DNA of 37,506 bases, taken from assembly GCA_937132175.1 (NCBI GenBank), contig CAKZNU010000049.1, positions 1 to 37,506 of the forward strand, in the 5' to 3' direction. The notes beneath the pieces were generated by a model. The model did not search any database, was not told the origin of the DNA, and saw only the letters and a program-made list of their open reading frames with translations. Within the stretch, counting starts at the first letter, position 1. Each line of letters opens with the position of its first letter. Shown here in pieces: positions 15,384 through 24,297 of this stretch. The position numbers were made by a program, and so were the translations under genes. Source of the DNA: an uncultured euryarchaeote (GTDB lineage Archaea > Nanohalarchaeota > Nanosalinia > Nanosalinales > Nanosalinaceae).

Positions 15384-16932
15384 CTTTTTTATCACCTTCT
15401 TGTTCTCGCTCGCTCTCTGGTTTCCAGAGTCTCTCGACGTTTTCCTCACGCTTCCATCTGTCCAGGTAGTCCTGTAGCTGGTCCGGAAGCACATTCTTCA
15501 GTATTCGGCCCTGCCGCAGGATTCTACGTAGCTGTAGCTCCATGTTCTTGTTCAACTGGTCGTAGAAAGTTTCGTCTGCATAGAGCAGGCCTTTGCTGAT
15601 TCTCCAGTAAGCGGTCGTATCTTCTGGAGCCAGCACAAGGTATCCCCGGGTTCTTCCCTCGAACTCTCTCATCGCCTCGAGCATCTCTCCGCTGTCCGCG
15701 TAGTAAACCCCTCCTGACACCGTATCTGCGGACGGATCGACTATGAGTAACTCGTCGCCCTCTACCCCTACACACAGGCTGTAGTGGGCTGTATCCGCCT
15801 GCGGGAACAGAACAGGCTTCGCAAAGTTAGGTATTATGAGTGCTCCATCATTAAACCATACCTTGAACTCGTCCGCCAGGTCTGTGATCTTGTCGTACTC
15901 TACGTACTCTGCATGTACCTCTCCGTCCGTAAGTCCCTCTATGGCTCCGATCAGGTCATCCGGCATCGTACCTTGGCCGACCTCGGTGCCGCATATCTCT
16001 CCTATCTCGTCCTGTCCGTACCTGTATCCGAAGATGCTGAGAGCCATCTCCGCTGAGGCTGGTCCACAGTACGAAGGATCCTGTGCTATGAAGTACTCCT
16101 TCATGTCTTCCAGAGTCTCCACGTCGTTCTGTGTTTTCTTGAACTTCAGATCTGCGTTCATGACATCGGAGTTCTTTGTTATCATCGTGTAGCCTCCGTC
16201 CGTCTCTATCTCGGTGGAAAAGAGGTCTATACCTCTTATCTCTCCGCTTTCATCCTCCAGGTACACCTTCTCTCCAGGTCTTACGAGCCTGGTGTTTTTC
16301 AGATAGAAGCCTGCAGCAAGGTTCTTGAAAATATCTTTGAATCCCCAGAAGATTAATGCCGCTCCAAGCCCTACAACTGCGTATGAGGAAGCCGTGATAG
16401 CCTTAGAGATGAAGGTGTTTCCTACTCCGAGACTGTCGAGTACTATCTGTATGACCAGCAGGTAGAGGAATCCCTGTGCGCCGATTCTGAGCCCGTTGGT
16501 GGCATTTTTGGATATTCCCGCATCTCTGAGGTAGTCTCTTACGCCAAGTCCCTTCAGCACCTTTCCTCCAACCTTTGCAGTCAGGTTTACAAGTATAAGC
16601 CCTAGTAGCCCTACCAGCACGGCCGAGGCAATCCTTGGTATGCTCTGGGCCAGCGTAGACGTTAGCGTTGCGGTCAAACCTGTATTCAGGTATACAAGTC
16701 CTGCAAGTATTACTACAGAGTCTAAAGCGTACTTGAGGTATCTTACGGTGTCGTAACGCCTCTCTAGCTCTTTCTTCGTCAGGTCGTCTCCCCTTATCCA
16801 GATCTTTCTCACACTGAAGGAAGTTATCTTGGCTGCTGCGTGACCCGCTACAAGCATTACAATAGTTATGAAGGTTCTCAGGAGTGCATCCTGTTCAGCA
16901 AGCAGGCTGGATAGAAGAGTGTCAGTTGTCAT
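15355..16932 (-). CDS. MscS-family channel fused to a C39/phytochelatin-synthase-like cysteine peptidase domain
   Basis: Multiple TM helices, KDIFKNLAAG and the MscS beta-domain (PGEKV...GEIRGIDLFSTEI...KNS), followed by QDPSYCGPAS, AHYSLCVG and LLIVDP. Confidence 0.85.
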   Translation of the reverse strand: MTTDTLLSSLLAEQDALLRTFITIVMLVAGHAAAKITSFSVRKIWIRGDDLTKKELERRYDTVRYLKYALDSVVILAGLVYLNTGLTATLTSTLAQSIPRIASAVLVGLLGLILVNLTAKVGGKVLKGLGVRDYLRDAGISKNATNGLRIGAQGFLYLLVIQIVLDSLGVGNTFISKAITASSYAVVGLGAALIFWGFKDIFKNLAAGFYLKNTRLVRPGEKVYLEDESGEIRGIDLFSTEIETDGGYTMITKNSDVMNADLKFKKTQNDVETLEDMKEYFIAQDPSYCGPASAEMALSIFGYRYGQDEIGEICGTEVGQGTMPDDLIGAIEGLTDGEVHAEYVEYDKITDLADEFKVWFNDGALIIPNFAKPVLFPQADTAHYSLCVGVEGDELLIVDPSADTVSGGVYYADSGEMLEAMREFEGRTRGYLVLAPEDTTAYWRISKGLLYADETFYDQLNKNMELQLRRILRQGRILKNVLPDQLQDYLDRWKREENVERLWKPESEREQEGDKKDEQTSDTGQ

Positions 16933-16978
16933 AGATTGTTATACTGAATGTCGCTTTTGCTGGTTAAAAACCTTGTAT

Positions 16979-18166
16979 CTATTTAATTGAGGTTATTTTT
17001 CCATGACCTATCAGTCTCCAGCGTGAACCTATCTGCCGCGATATGGCAAGCCTATCGCCTTCTTCGGCACAGACAGGTATCTTGAGATCAAGCTCTACCG
17101 TGTCTCCTGCCTGGGTTACTACGCCGGCTGACTTTCCGGTTCCGATGTTTACCATCAGGGGTTCATGTTCCTTGATGTTCTCTATCTCTTTCTCGTCTTC
17201 CGCCCCTACCAGCCTATCCATAAGCTCTACGTCAACCTGTAACCTCTCTGAGTTCTCTGGAAGAGTACCTTCATGCCCGATTACGTTTCCCGCAAGCCCA
17301 TCACTCTTCGCCATTGCGGGATCAAGGCTTGTCTCCAGACCTAGAAGCCCTCCTGGCCCTGCTTCATCGACAGTTTCGTCCCCGTGGATGATAGATCTTA
17401 CCTTGGTGCCGACGGTCTCCCACTTGTCCTCCCCGATCTTTCTTCCCGGCTTGATCTCTATCTCGTCTCCAGGTTCTAATGTCCCTTTCACGAGGCTTCC
17501 TCCGATTACCCCGCCGTTTATGTTCTGGGGCTCTGTTCCTGGCCGGTTTATATCGAAGGATCTGGCGGCCAGCATCTTCGGCTTCGAGTCCTCGTCTCTC
17601 TCCGGTGTAGGTACTTCCTGATCTATCGCCTCCAGTAAAGCATCTATGTTTACTTCGTGCTGTGCGGAGACCGGTATCACAGGTGCATCCTCTGCAACCG
17701 TTCCCTCGACAAACTCCTTAATCTGTTCATGGTTTCTCTTGACCTGTTCCTTCTCGACCAGGTCTATCTTGTTCTGTACAATTACTATGTTTTCTATACC
17801 TGTTATATCAAGTGCTGCAAGATGTTCACGTGTCTGTGGCTGAGGACATTTCTCGTCTGCCGCCACCATCAGGATTGCTCCGTCCATGATTGCTGCGCCG
17901 GAGAGTACGTTTGCCATCAGGGTTTCGTGTCCGGGTGCATCCACGAGAGAAACTGATCTCTCCGGTTCGCCTTCGCCATCCACACTGAAACCATCTTCGT
18001 CCCGGTAGTAAGAGATGTCTGCGTAACCCAGCTTTATCGTTATACCTTTTTTTAGCTCTTCGGAGTGTTCATCCGTCCATTTTCCGGAAAGTGCCTTGGT
18101 CAGAGTAGTCTTTCCGTGGTCAACGTGTCCTACCAGACCTATGTTTGCCTCAGGTGTTTCACTCAT
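16979..18166 (-). CDS. eif2g: Translation initiation factor aIF-2 gamma subunit
   Basis: GHVDHGKTT, GITIKLGY, DAPGHE, QPQTREH, NKID, RSFDINRPG and RWRLIG. Confidence 0.98.
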   Translation of the reverse strand: MSETPEANIGLVGHVDHGKTTLTKALSGKWTDEHSEELKKGITIKLGYADISYYRDEDGFSVDGEGEPERSVSLVDAPGHETLMANVLSGAAIMDGAILMVAADEKCPQPQTREHLAALDITGIENIVIVQNKIDLVEKEQVKRNHEQIKEFVEGTVAEDAPVIPVSAQHEVNIDALLEAIDQEVPTPERDEDSKPKMLAARSFDINRPGTEPQNINGGVIGGSLVKGTLEPGDEIEIKPGRKIGEDKWETVGTKVRSIIHGDETVDEAGPGGLLGLETSLDPAMAKSDGLAGNVIGHEGTLPENSERLQVDVELMDRLVGAEDEKEIENIKEHEPLMVNIGTGKSAGVVTQAGDTVELDLKIPVCAEEGDRLAISRQIGSRWRLIGHGKITSIK

Positions 18167-18531
18167 GATTGACTCTCCAGAAGCTCATCTACTTCATCTT
18201 CGCCCTGTTCAACAACCTTTGTGTTAAGCTGTTCCGTCTGGTTTGAGACAGTGTTTCCTCTCACAGACTTTCTCTCACGTATGCCGTTTTCCTTTTCCTT
18301 CACACCGGTACCGGTCTTCAGCAGTTTTTTCTGTCTCTCCGTGCCTTCGATGCTTTCTCTCATCGGGAATCCCTGTCTGTCCGATCCCCCGGTTATCCTC
18401 AGCGTGTATCCCTCTAGCCCTATAATATCTCCGCTGAACTCGTCTCCTATCTTCTTGCCGGTAAGCTGTGGGATTTCCTGTTTCTCCGTCTGTACTGTTT
18501 CGCCATCCTGTTTTCCTATAGTTATTTTCAA
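18163..18531 (-). CDS. rps6e: 30S ribosomal protein S6e (eS6), TTG start
   Basis: GKKIGD, GYTLRITGGSDRQGFPM, RKSVRGN and QLN; AGGTGA SD 6 nt before the TTG. Confidence 0.95.
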   Translation of the reverse strand: MKITIGKQDGETVQTEKQEIPQLTGKKIGDEFSGDIIGLEGYTLRITGGSDRQGFPMRESIEGTERQKKLLKTGTGVKEKENGIRERKSVRGNTVSNQTEQLNTKVVEQGEDEVDELLESQS

Positions 18532-18596
18532 GATTGTTCACCTGCTCAGTCGTTTTGGTTCCGAGCATTCCAGTTATCGCTGACGAATCTTTTAAT

Positions 18597-18613
18597 ACAG
18601 GGCCCGGCCCTGT
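18597..18613. promoter_or_regulatory. Inverted repeat between the divergent rps6e and trkH promoters
   Basis: ACAGGGC-CCG-GCCCTGT, flanked by AT-rich TATA-like stretches on both sides. Confidence 0.35.
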
Positions 18614-18654
18614 TATGCGGTGTCTATTTATTTCCGTCCTGCCTTTGTATTGAT

Positions 18655-20049
18655 GTGAGATTTGCCGTAGTAACCGGAATCCTGGGCAGACTGCTCCAGA
18701 TACTTTCAGGCCTGTTGCTGGTTCCTGTTCCTCTTGCTCTAGCCTATGGAGGCGGTTCCGGCGGTTCAGCCGTTTTTCTCAGTACAGCTTTACTGTCCCT
18801 GGCTGCAGGTACGTTGCTTCAGAGAGCCGGAAAGATAGATGAGCCGTCTCTGTCTGAGTCCGTCTATATCACCGTACTGTCATGGATTCTGGTATCCTCT
18901 CTAGCAGCTATACCTCTCTCCACGGGTCTTTCTCCGGGCAAGGCTCTCTTTGAGGCAGTCTCCGGTCTTACAACTACCGGTATATCTGCGGCCGCTGACC
19001 CCGCTCTTTTCTCTCCTGCGGTACTTTTCTGGAGGTCTCTGATCCAGTGGATCGGAGGTCTTGGCATACTTACCTTTTTCGTAGCTGTCGTAAGAGAGTC
19101 CGGGGCCGTATCCAGAAAGCTCTTTTCCGCCGAGGCACACAAGACTGATCCCGGCAGCATCAGACCCTCCCTGCTCAACTCCGTAAAGTCTCTCTGGAAG
19201 GTCTATGGTTTTTTGACGTCCGTTCTGATCGGGGCTTACGTTGTTGCCGGAATGGGCGTTTTCGATGCGGTTTTGCACTCTCTCACCACTCTCTCCACAG
19301 GAGGGTTCTCAACCGGTTCGATGAGTCTTGGAGCTTACGGTGCCCCGGTTCAGGCAGTCTCCGCCTTCTTTATGCTTCTTGGAGGGATTAACTTCGTGAT
19401 TCTCTACAGGCTTCTCAGGGCTGATACAAGGACGCTTGGCTCAGAGTTCAGGATGTACGTACTTGTATTTGCAGGCGTTTCTGCGCTGGGAGCTCTTTCC
19501 TCCGGCTCTGTCTTGGACTCGATCTTCACCTCCGCTTCCCTGGTGTCTTCGACAGGGTATGCGACGGTCGGGATCGAATCCTTCTCTGCATTCATGCAGC
19601 TTCTTTTCCTCGGTGTTCTGTTCGTTGGAGGTTCAGTGGGCTCGACGGCTGGAGGCCTCAAGATATTCCGTGTCAGGGTGCTTCTGGAGTTACTCCGTAG
19701 CAGGGTCAGGTCCTTCAGTCTCCCAGACTCGGCTCTCAACAAGCCGGTGGTGGACGGCAAGATCGTTGAGTCATCTACACTGAGAACGGTTGCTGCCTTG
19801 CTCTTTTCCTGGCTCGCGGTCTGTTTCGGTACTGCAGCAGTTGTTCTCTCACAGGAGCCTGTGAGTATCCAGCAGGCGCTGTCTCTGGCAGTTTCCTCTG
19901 TCGGGAATATGGGTCCAAGCCTGGCGTCCTCAGAGGCCGTCCTGTCCCTGAGCCCGGTTTCACGCTTCTTCCTGGCGGTAGGAATGATCGCCGGCAGACT
20001 GGAGATGATACCGGTACTGGCAATCTTTAATAGAAAGCTGCTGGAATAA
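18655..20049 (+). CDS. trkH: Trk-type K+ uptake membrane protein TrkH
   Basis: Four pore-loop motifs (SGLTTTG, LSTGGFS, SSTGY, GNMGP) plus QWIGGLGI, GSTAGGLK and GRLE. Confidence 0.95.
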   Translation: MRFAVVTGILGRLLQILSGLLLVPVPLALAYGGGSGGSAVFLSTALLSLAAGTLLQRAGKIDEPSLSESVYITVLSWILVSSLAAIPLSTGLSPGKALFEAVSGLTTTGISAAADPALFSPAVLFWRSLIQWIGGLGILTFFVAVVRESGAVSRKLFSAEAHKTDPGSIRPSLLNSVKSLWKVYGFLTSVLIGAYVVAGMGVFDAVLHSLTTLSTGGFSTGSMSLGAYGAPVQAVSAFFMLLGGINFVILYRLLRADTRTLGSEFRMYVLVFAGVSALGALSSGSVLDSIFTSASLVSSTGYATVGIESFSAFMQLLFLGVLFVGGSVGSTAGGLKIFRVRVLLELLRSRVRSFSLPDSALNKPVVDGKIVESSTLRTVAALLFSWLAVCFGTAAVVLSQEPVSIQQALSLAVSSVGNMGPSLASSEAVLSLSPVSRFFLAVGMIAGRLEMIPVLAIFNRKLLE

Positions 20050-20055
20050 TAGGTT

Positions 20056-20697
20056 ATGTACGTTATCATAGCAGGTATTAACTCGACGTCAGAGAGACTT
20101 GTCCAGAGGCTGGAAAACAGTCATGACGTGGTTGTGATAGATCCTGATGAGGATGAATGCGACAGGCTTTACTCATCCAGCGGAGCTACCGTCATAAACC
20201 GTTCTCCGTCCACTATTGCAGCTTTACAGGATGCAGGAGTGTCTCAGGCTGATATAATTATTGCTGCCGGACGTAACGATAATGAAAACATGGTGGTATG
20301 CAGTCTTGAACGCAAGTTCGGCGTCCCGAAGATAGTTTCACGCGTGGAGGATAACGAATACGTCGAGGCATTTGATCTTATAGATGCTGAAACTGTAAGC
20401 CACAACGATGTGCTTGTGTCCCAGTTTCTCTCTGCCGTCGAGCATCCGTCTGTCATAAAGCTCTCAGATCTGGAAGGCGGTCTAGAGGCTGTGAAGGTAA
20501 AAGTGGGTGAAAAATCCGGACAGAAGGTCTCTTCCCTCGAGGACAGCTCCGGTTTTCCTGACGGTTTTCAGGTGAGTACTGTGCTCCGTGGAGATCAGCA
20601 GATGGGTCGCGAAGCACATCTTCAGAAAGGTGACAGGCTTCTGATGGTTGGGCCTCAGGAGGAGAAGCCTAAGCTCGATAGTTTCTTTTCCTCCTGA
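20056..20697 (+). CDS. trkA: TrkA-family K+ uptake regulatory protein (RCK_N plus RCK_C)
   Basis: YVIIAG, HDVVVID, AGVSQADIIIAA...DNEN and LQKGD; directly follows trkH. Confidence 0.9.
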   Translation: MYVIIAGINSTSERLVQRLENSHDVVVIDPDEDECDRLYSSSGATVINRSPSTIAALQDAGVSQADIIIAAGRNDNENMVVCSLERKFGVPKIVSRVEDNEYVEAFDLIDAETVSHNDVLVSQFLSAVEHPSVIKLSDLEGGLEAVKVKVGEKSGQKVSSLEDSSGFPDGFQVSTVLRGDQQMGREAHLQKGDRLLMVGPQEEKPKLDSFFSS

Positions 20698-20726
20698 ATA
20701 AAAATGTTGGGCGGAAATTAGGATAT

Positions 20727-22145
20727 GTGACAGCGATAGTACCTGTCAGGCGGGCGATGAGAGAACACGACAATACTGCTCTCGTCGAGGCATCTAGGAA
20801 CCATGAGGAAGTCGTACCTGTACATATAGTCGATGAAAGTTTCTTCTCCGAGCATACGCTTGGATACCCGAGAGTGAGGTTCTGGAGTGAGAGCCTGAAG
20901 AAACTGAAGAAAGGCATGGGAGATGGCAAGGATCTTGTTGTTCGGAGAGGAGAGCCTCTGGAGGAGCTCCAAAGACTTGTCGACGAGGTTGAGGCAGATA
21001 AGCTTTATTACAACAGGGAGTATACACCGTACGCCAAGAAAAGGGACTCACGGATAGAGGAGTCTCTGGATATTTCTGTGGAAAGCTTCAAGGACTCTGT
21101 TATGTTTGAGAAGAAAGAGATTCTCACAAACTCCGGAACCCCGTACAAAGTCTATACATACTACAAGAAGAAATGGTTTAAAAACACCAAGAGAAAGCCA
21201 CAGGAGGTCGAGGACTACAAGACCCCGGAGCTTGAATCGGTTGAGATCCCTGGCCCGGAGGAGATGGGATTCGAGATGCCGGATGAGATGGAATGGGTCT
21301 GGGACGCCTCCAGAGATGCCGGTCTTGAAAGAATGGAGGAGTTCAAGGATCTGATACTGGACTATGATCGTGACCGGGACTACGCTTGGAAGGACGCGAC
21401 CTCAAGGCTTTCCCCTCACCTGAAGTTTGGTACCGTATCTCCGAGAGAGGTCTTCTGGGAGGCGGAAAGGGTTAAGGCAAGGAACCAGGACTCGGATATC
21501 TCCGGTATCGAGACCTGGCAGGAGGAACTGGCCTGGAGGGATTATTACTTCCAGATTCTCTGGAACTATCCGCACGAAGTGGAGGAGCCGTTTATGGACA
21601 AGTACCGTGGAAACGAACCTGACTGGGACTCCAGAGACCAGACACCGGAGAAGTGGAACGCCTGGGTTGAGGGGAAGACAGGTTACCCGTTCGTCGATGC
21701 CGGGATGCGTCAGCTCAAAGAGACCGGCTGGATGCACAACAGACTCCGAATGGTGGTAACAAACTTCTCCTGCAAGGATCTCTGGCTAGAGTGGCGTGAC
21801 GTTCACGAGTACTTCTCAAAGATGTTTGTGGACGCAGAGATCTCGGCGATGGTAGGGGGAATACAGTGGAGTTACTCGATAGGTACCGATGCACAGCCGT
21901 ACTTCAGGGTATTTAATCCGACCTCACAGGCAGAAGACTATGATCCAGATGGAAACTATATCAGGAAATGGGTCCCGGAGCTGGAGGATGTTCCCGACAA
22001 GTACATTCATGAGCCGTGGAAGATGCCGGAAGAGGTCCAGAGAAACTGTGGTGTGGAAATCGGGAAGGACTATCCGGACAGGATAGTTAACTATGATGAG
22101 GAAAGGAAGAGATCTGTCGAAAGGTTCGAGAAGATAGAAAACTAG
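20727..22145 (+). CDS. phr: Deoxyribodipyrimidine photolyase
   Basis: R..DNTAL, TSRLSPHLKFG, ELAWRDYY, GKTGYPFVDAGMRQL, GWMHNRLRM, DAQPYFRVFNP and YIRKWVPEL. Confidence 0.96.
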   Translation: MTAIVPVRRAMREHDNTALVEASRNHEEVVPVHIVDESFFSEHTLGYPRVRFWSESLKKLKKGMGDGKDLVVRRGEPLEELQRLVDEVEADKLYYNREYTPYAKKRDSRIEESLDISVESFKDSVMFEKKEILTNSGTPYKVYTYYKKKWFKNTKRKPQEVEDYKTPELESVEIPGPEEMGFEMPDEMEWVWDASRDAGLERMEEFKDLILDYDRDRDYAWKDATSRLSPHLKFGTVSPREVFWEAERVKARNQDSDISGIETWQEELAWRDYYFQILWNYPHEVEEPFMDKYRGNEPDWDSRDQTPEKWNAWVEGKTGYPFVDAGMRQLKETGWMHNRLRMVVTNFSCKDLWLEWRDVHEYFSKMFVDAEISAMVGGIQWSYSIGTDAQPYFRVFNPTSQAEDYDPDGNYIRKWVPELEDVPDKYIHEPWKMPEEVQRNCGVEIGKDYPDRIVNYDEERKRSVERFEKIEN

Positions 22146-22200
22146 TTTCTGAAAGCTATCACACCTGTAATACTTAAACATCAGACTCTCTTGTGTAGAT

Positions 22201-24297
22201 ATGTCGACAACAATGAAAGGGAAGTCTCTGTTACTGATAGCCTTTCTGGGAGTCGCCCTTCAGCCTGGCCTGGCGCTGGAGTTTCAGTCACCTTCAGATC
22301 AGAAGGTTGCTGACCCGTTCGAGGTAAATGTTACAGGCTCTGATGAGAATCAGGTGAGTGTAACTCTTGAAGGTGAGGATGTTGATTTTTCCTCCACGAG
22401 CGAGGTTGATACCCCGGATGGCTACGGAACCACGGAGTTCGATGTCGGCGGAACTGACAGCGGCGACTACAGCTTAACTGCAGAGGCTGTCAACGACTCA
22501 GGAGATGTAAAGTCCTCTATCGAGAAACAGATATTTGTAGATGCGGAAAAGCCCTCGGTCGAGAGATCGGACGAGTACAGGTACGTGAACGAGGGATCAG
22601 AGATTCAGATGACGGTCTCTGATGACCAGTCAGCTGTCACCGACCTCGAGGCAGAGAGCTTTAGCGTGGATCTTGAGGACGGCACCAGAGACAATGTCTG
22701 TGGGCCTGGAGGCGTCTGTACGGTATCCTTTGATTTTGACAGGGGTGATGCTGCTCAGGGAGACCAGTTTACTGTAAGCGTCGAGTCCTCTGACTTCGTG
22801 GGAAACACCTACTCCGGGGACATATCCTACGTGTATGACTTGGAGTTCGAAGCGGATAAGCCGGAGTTTACAGTTGAAGACGCAGAGGATGGTATCGTAC
22901 AGCTTGACTCCGATGTCGAGGTAGATGTAGAGGTTCAGGACGTTGAGGATGAACAGAGCGATATCAAGGTGAGGTGCCTGGTTGACGGTGAAGAGGTAGA
23001 TACCTCGGGATGGGACGATGAAGAAAGCTTCTCGTGCAGTATTCCGGAGGACGAGGTAAACGATGAAGCCGCTGACATATCGGTTGAGGCCGTAGACAGA
23101 GCAGGAAACACCGTGGAGTCAGATGAGAGGTCAATAAGCTTTGACTCATCGGAACCGGATGTGGAGGAGTTCGAGCTGGTACAGGAGTACAACACGTTTA
23201 GAAGAGATTTTGAAGCAAGATTCGAGGCCGATGATTCTCTTACAGGTATAGATAGGGCCGAGTACTTCTTCGATATAGACACTGATGAGGGAGATGGATA
23301 CGAGGTTCAGGAGGAAGGGGAGTTCAAGGTAGATACCTCCGATATCTCTGGGAACGGCTCCGAGACCGTCTACCTGAGGGTGCAGGATGGCTCCGGAAGG
23401 TGGAGTGAGTATGAGTCAGTCGAGTTCAGATACTTTCCCGAGTCCTCAGAGACCCTGAGAATATCTACACCGCAGGACTTCGAGCTTAGAGCCGGCTCAT
23501 CCACAGATTATAACATTGAGGTAGAGAACACGGGTGAGTTACTCGTCGAGTCTGTTGTGGTTACTGTGTCTTCGAGACTCTTCGAGAAGTCCGTAACTCT
23601 TGAGGAACTGGAAGGTGGAAACTCTGAGACCGTCTCTGTAAGCCTTTCTCCGAATGAATCTCAGACAGGACGCTACGAAGTCTCTGTATCTTCGCAAAGT
23701 CCCGATGAAGAAGTTACCGGTGAGTTAACTGTGAGAGCATCCGAGGATCAACGCAGTCGTGTACGGGAACTGCTGGAGAACCTTTCCAGTGCAAACGCCA
23801 GCATCTCTGGGAACCTCTCTGATATTTCCCGGAAAGCCTCCGAGGAGGAGCTGGAGAGGACCTCCTCCGCAGTCCAGACGTTCCAGTCCGAGATCAGGAG
23901 GATAGAGGCTGCGGTCGAGAACGGATCGTACTACGAAGCTTTGCCTGCGCTTGAGACTGCGGAACAGAGGAAGCAAGAGGCTCTGGAATCTCTTCGGGAC
24001 GTGGAAAACAGTGTTGAGGCCAGAGAGACTAAATCAACCATACTTAAGGTGCTTCTCGCAGGGGTACTGATAACCGCAGTAATCCTGTATGCTCACAGGA
24101 GGGACCAGAAATCGGGAATTCCTGACTTAGATGAAGTCAGGAACAGACTTCAGGATACTGATTCAGCCTCTGTTTCCGAGAGGGTTCGGTCCCTTGATAT
24201 GCCGGATGTATCTTTACCTGACTCCCTGCCGGAAATCTCTTTGCCTGACTTCAAGCGTAGCAAAGACGACGAGGATGAGTTCCAGGGACTCAAGTAG
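22201..24297 (+). CDS. Secreted, membrane-anchored acidic surface protein with Ig-like repeats
   Basis: Signal peptide; repeated D.(A/V)GN...D...P beta-sandwich units; a CARDB/NEW3-like VENTGE segment; helical stalk; C-terminal TM helix and cytoplasmic tail; several NxS/T sequons. Confidence 0.8.
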   Translation: MSTTMKGKSLLLIAFLGVALQPGLALEFQSPSDQKVADPFEVNVTGSDENQVSVTLEGEDVDFSSTSEVDTPDGYGTTEFDVGGTDSGDYSLTAEAVNDSGDVKSSIEKQIFVDAEKPSVERSDEYRYVNEGSEIQMTVSDDQSAVTDLEAESFSVDLEDGTRDNVCGPGGVCTVSFDFDRGDAAQGDQFTVSVESSDFVGNTYSGDISYVYDLEFEADKPEFTVEDAEDGIVQLDSDVEVDVEVQDVEDEQSDIKVRCLVDGEEVDTSGWDDEESFSCSIPEDEVNDEAADISVEAVDRAGNTVESDERSISFDSSEPDVEEFELVQEYNTFRRDFEARFEADDSLTGIDRAEYFFDIDTDEGDGYEVQEEGEFKVDTSDISGNGSETVYLRVQDGSGRWSEYESVEFRYFPESSETLRISTPQDFELRAGSSTDYNIEVENTGELLVESVVVTVSSRLFEKSVTLEELEGGNSETVSVSLSPNESQTGRYEVSVSSQSPDEEVTGELTVRASEDQRSRVRELLENLSSANASISGNLSDISRKASEEELERTSSAVQTFQSEIRRIEAAVENGSYYEALPALETAEQRKQEALESLRDVENSVEARETKSTILKVLLAGVLITAVILYAHRRDQKSGIPDLDEVRNRLQDTDSASVSERVRSLDMPDVSLPDSLPEISLPDFKRSKDDEDEFQGLK

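Noticed and set aside
12595-16978. Classical graspetide (microviridin-type) RiPP cluster or LysX/ArgX biosynthesis
   Set aside because: No leader-core precursor with Thr/Ser/Lys-Asp/Glu repeats, no ABC exporter and no LysW or Lys/Arg pathway genes; only the 13-aa ORF is present.
13625-18531. RimK acting on the nearby ribosomal protein 'S6'
   Set aside because: Archaeal eS6 is unrelated to bacterial bS6 and ends in ESQS here; the shared name is coincidental.
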